This document shows positions 63,601 through 64,000 of a stretch of 64,000 nucleotides of DNA, in pieces. Below the pieces are notes generated by a model. It saw only the letters and a list, made by a program, of their open reading frames with translations. It had not been told where the DNA came from and ran no database searches. The first letter of the stretch is position 1. Each line of letters starts with the position of its first letter. This DNA comes from Monocercomonoides exilis PA203 (lineage: Eukaryota > Protista > Preaxostyla): positions 1,550,001-1,614,000 of the forward strand of contig LSRY02000006.1 in NCBI GenBank assembly GCA_001643675.2, read 5' to 3'. The translations under genes and the position numbers were made by a program.

Positions 63601-64000
63601 CCATCAATCAGAGGATATCCATCTGCTCGCCGCAATATCCTTTGTGGTGATTCGGGTGAGCTAATGGTTTCGAGTCTGAAAGGAGGAGATGGGCTGAGGG
63701 ACAATACATCATTGTGGGTATTAAGCGACGGGTGCACTCTGGATGGGATAGCAGCTGAGAGGTTATCGCCGTTTTTCATCCCAATCCTTGATTCTGTAGA
63801 AATGGAGCTGGATGAAAACAAAGCACAATTAACATTTGTTGGAGCTCTTTTCCTTCCCTGCAATCTGCAACTTCAGCTTATATATGCAAGATTCGATGAA
63901 GAAATGATTGAGAAGTATCCATTCGAAGGTGAAGGCTTTGTGAATGAGTCAGTGCTTTGTTCAGACATTTCTGCAGCAAAAGTGAGAGACATGTCAGATG
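57616..64000 (+). CDS. Second member of the giant Cys-rich beta-helix-repeat receptor-like family; signal peptide, >2,128 aa, runs off the window end
   Basis: ATG 57616 MNDLLFSLCVLLFIQA. Frame appears open to 64000 (spot-checked; no stop-terminated ORF in this frame in the track). GGAL/GGGI/GGGL repeats, four CG..(P)C modules, and YPSARRNILC...LKGGDGLRDNTSLWVL..GC.L.GIAAERLSPFFIP matching 24690-24865 of the first copy. Confidence 0.85.
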   Translation, partial: MNDLLFSLCVLLFIQAPSQLIGNCAEEFQSTAFHFGNKSTNRTYQIEKNGRLEAKACHAHYSETRHFSGLVSCNLASFHLLNSSFESCNILFQQIQKCNVLSSDENSLISLHACTIAPCECSSKNFMQTKGGVVKLENLSLATASLLSHSFAIFEPLTSCAPLTKGILDISVSSFDSLITTSFEPLLSPISFVEVNIVDCHFSNISCSIKHADDLKNSYRKCDTSIRSSTFVSTDEPFYGSLFTDINSVQSLCFFCSNCSFLSSTPKNITNIRQIVTGSGDSNFIDTIFRDISYDLDYGGALRFASSGELTVTNCEFERCSITNSYGHSAISLFPSGSGIIRSSTFTNCSSSAHGTVGIVTMKYAEKSVIGCSFRGNIAQDAGGCFYSRDSNYVIVQQCYFFNGTSLRNETSFLYSGGGIGFRTSVEAYISDCIFFLNNAQSIGGGICIGPKENIYANNLKKIFRFLYFESNTAAFNKGHDVFVSSDWASIITQKDFVCCLTHTTLRPQLTWNDEDKSEWLSSAFNPVHVSADAGNDTVMCGPAERKCRSLKQSIIVASDLAGAETQVTVDAGIYNETAISVEKMIEIEGASKDNTTVTVSASPDFGSAITVENDGALTIRKFKLIHNSSLSDASSSLILVASGSVLVCDCSISAEENQLNTFTESVINVAGGEAVIRDVMFFSFRIAAAVFSFGNPDSLTLANVMFNNIIRVEGNGCIFEVSLKNEEKLHLGNMSVDECSCRGGNGGGLSVVMEDNSEFSAGNGTGDKDTVGMDSCEAMSDDEGENGLGGGIFLYLSNDFQNFCLKDVFFRGCKAKAGDCVFVNGNDLSVVITTASFGFEYDLNSLVELRGYERSTFNGSLAIPLVLYLRDPPSVVYIGGASHHDHAKCGYEDFPCKTIDGGVQRNIDNPEQTLRFMSTFEFEHEMEFKEHIFNIDVNGSGEDIAVGCRDEKVHDWLARSNTTVSMTKMTFALNASLSGRTTFFECDGSALTLVGCSMKMNELTTFVEYSLLRICGGTLNITNFEVENSQSVMFKGAGMIEFEGDGAMTVDGLKIAGGGTSSANGMISMGASGTGLINNSMFCNMNFDCCGVIHLESKLTLLNSSFKNLKRMEGGGGAVQATIGAGKFINAERCFFEQTSCAEEESKGGSCAITIGERSSFFFSSCMFNESSVNEESGKGGGLYACFEEPTTTYSFSSVVFTKNKAGHGKNMYIYSSDLNHTISTVSFAFEYESGKNNSDLFDGADPKLGEINLLRFLINFSSDIVCVSGNGIDIVSCGSKEYPCQSLWMATKHINHSMTQCGILINDECVLEDMFDLSWCSINSSAWEADEKVKATIRIEGKEGGEATPHIKNYGEMFFGLVVLSLRKINGGGSSAIVVNEAGILMLSDCLFEADVQEHEECDCCFVLLVKGKLDVNIVNVGHMTLGREVFRLRSGSTCTMKGLTATEVQMRNGCLITIESTEGRGANNATVVNVEDGSFLRVSGDGNRCSVVESAHGDNVQLTINGTVFEQCNTTLSEKGGGMLFVLDEEGSFALHDSKVIQTSCSVANGRGGGAYIKSTLSGELNFFFDNVLFKRNVAQVGNDVFVECINIENQINETQFRLVLSQKGYVKENAIYGIDSGEHSETLFDLINLITVYMADMIVVSSLPSNGGKNDRQCGPPSYPCKSIDYAISHLSHEFVSMMYVDNCSLVQGETELSDMTLLSKGSLPSKVNVFSEIPATRNELVVTSECVTISLLKFSFPSPFSSKHSSFILIKSGSLSIQSCSFCASDLPSVSTTPELSMTLIVQNGKHLAISRTNVSGLSFASGKAIIGAFSRTANISFEQLSIENVALQDGSCISIVDPHENSINSQDVCIVDISQCLFSNVSRYGSNVCAISASSKELINLSNCSFKARSLSSTLGSAVLFAFCLNVEIKTCSFVGEYSDPDSLEVLNQQNEKNEGLCLWNGSLVWTRNSFVAMKDTVISNSCEGGLSVSGGRMTVEMGMFKDNNPSIRGYPSARRNILCGDSGELMVSSLKGGDGLRDNTSLWVLSDGCTLDGIAAERLSPFFIPILDSVEMELDENKAQLTFVGALFLPCNLQLQLIYARFDEEMIEKYPFEGEGFVNESVLCSDISAAKVRDMSD

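Noticed and set aside
1-64000. tRNA, rRNA, CRISPR arrays, transposase or reverse transcriptase ORFs
   Set aside because: None recognisable by eye. Small ncRNAs cannot be excluded without Infernal or tRNAscan.

Overview
Eukaryotic, intron-rich, gene-dense protist DNA with very AT-rich spacers and introns, GC-richer coding interiors and the standard genetic code (genes end in TAA/TAG/TGA). Gene style and the large Cys-rich receptor-like family suggest an oxymonad such as Monocercomonoides exilis; this is inference from recalled family style, not a database result. Left to right: a degenerate minus-strand coding relic; two TA-flanked inverted-repeat (MITE-like) elements; an RRM-RG-RRM RNA-binding protein; a NEK-like pseudokinase with an ARM-like tail; a kinesin-3 with FHA domain and CaaX box; histone H2A; a ~9 kb beta-helix-repeat/TM/degenerate-kinase receptor-like gene with four in-frame stops confined to its 5' quarter; histone H2B; a DUF1295 membrane protein; a CaMKK-like kinase whose CaaX-bearing tail is in a different reading frame; a Cof-type HAD phosphatase; a ~6,500 aa Rabconnectin-3alpha/DMXL/Rav1 homologue; and a second receptor-family paralogue, open from 57616 to the window end and absent from the supplied ORF track. 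The best candidate system is the modular receptor-pseudokinase family, which varies in ~1.1 kb module number and shows 5'-restricted decay.
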